The position numbers and the translations under genes are program-made. The notes under the pieces are model-generated. The model saw nothing but the letters and a program-made list of their open reading frames with translations, did not search any database and had not been told where the DNA came from. This document shows, in pieces, positions 63,686-64,000 of a stretch of 64,000 bases of DNA. Numbering within the stretch: the first letter of the stretch is position 1; every line of letters begins with the position of its first letter. The DNA is from a virus, in IMG/VR virus record IMGVR_UViG_3300044634_001013, positions 5,702 to 69,701 of that record, one strand, 5' to 3'.

Positions 63686-64000
63686 ATGAAAATTGCATTA
63701 GATGATATATTGGCTAAATTAGATCCAAAAACAAGAGCAAGAGTTCAGTCCGCACAAGACATTAAGGTTGAAAAACAAATTACTCCAAGCATTGGTTTGA
63801 ATATGGCCTTGCGTGGTGGACTTGGATACGGAAGACAGGTCCTTGTTTGGGGAAATAAGTCTGCTGGAAAATCTTCGTTCTGCCTACAAATGATTGCTTT
63901 AGCACAAAAAGAAGGCAAGACCTGTGCATGGATTGATGCGGAAGCATCATACGATCAGTCATGGGCAGAGTTATTGGGCGTAGATTCTTCTAAACTTATT
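63686..64000 (+). CDS. recA: RecA-like recombinase (5' part, runs off the window)
   Basis: Hand translation: TPSIGLNMALRGGLGYGRQVLVWGNKSAGKSSFC...CAWIDAEASYD..WAELLGVD. Confidence 0.9.
   Translation, partial: MKIALDDILAKLDPKTRARVQSAQDIKVEKQITPSIGLNMALRGGLGYGRQVLVWGNKSAGKSSFCLQMIALAQKEGKTCAWIDAEASYDQSWAELLGVDSSKLI

Noticed and set aside
1038-63962. Numerous short minus-strand ORFs in the track
   Set aside because: All lie antisense to long plus-strand genes, lack SD or promoter support and have shadow-frame composition
1-64000. Stop-codon reassignment, tRNA/rRNA genes, integrase, lysis genes, terminase
   Set aside because: TAA, TAG and TGA all end genes with high coding density under the standard code; intergenic gaps are short with no cloverleaf; no such protein motifs recognised

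Overview
This 64 kb window is a gene-dense, all-plus-strand segment of a large, AT-rich (roughly 35-40% GC by eye) siphovirus-type phage genome. Gene order, a bacterial-type DnaE replisome and several leaderless sigma70/SigA promoters suggest a phage of Actinobacteria, probably low-GC freshwater lineages (inference). Order: ~21 kb of fibre/receptor-binding genes (1-21624); head, neck, tail, tape measure and baseplate genes (21687-49790); a modification operon (49828-53277); small genes; then a replication module (metallophosphoesterase, Zn-finger/HTH proteins, DnaB, primase, SSB, DnaE, MazG-like, partial RecA). Two candidate undescribed systems stand out. (1) A tail-tip protein with Cys-bonded repeats and mucin-like poly-Thr tracts is directly followed by an operon encoding a GT60-like (polypeptide alpha-GlcNAc-transferase-type) glycosyltransferase, a GalE-like epimerase and a radical SAM/SPASM enzyme, i.e. 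a candidate phage mucin-type O-glycosylation system. (2) A five-slot fibre cassette is repeated three times, and its proteins appear to dock through a split-domain plug-and-socket code into a branched receptor-binding tree. Also seen: a nested in-frame scaffold gene, a CCCAAAC -1 frameshift, three small ORFs missing from the ORF track, and an operator/terminator junction. No tRNA, rRNA, CRISPR, integrase, RT/DGR or intein was recognised. All family assignments are from motif recognition by eye; no searches were run.
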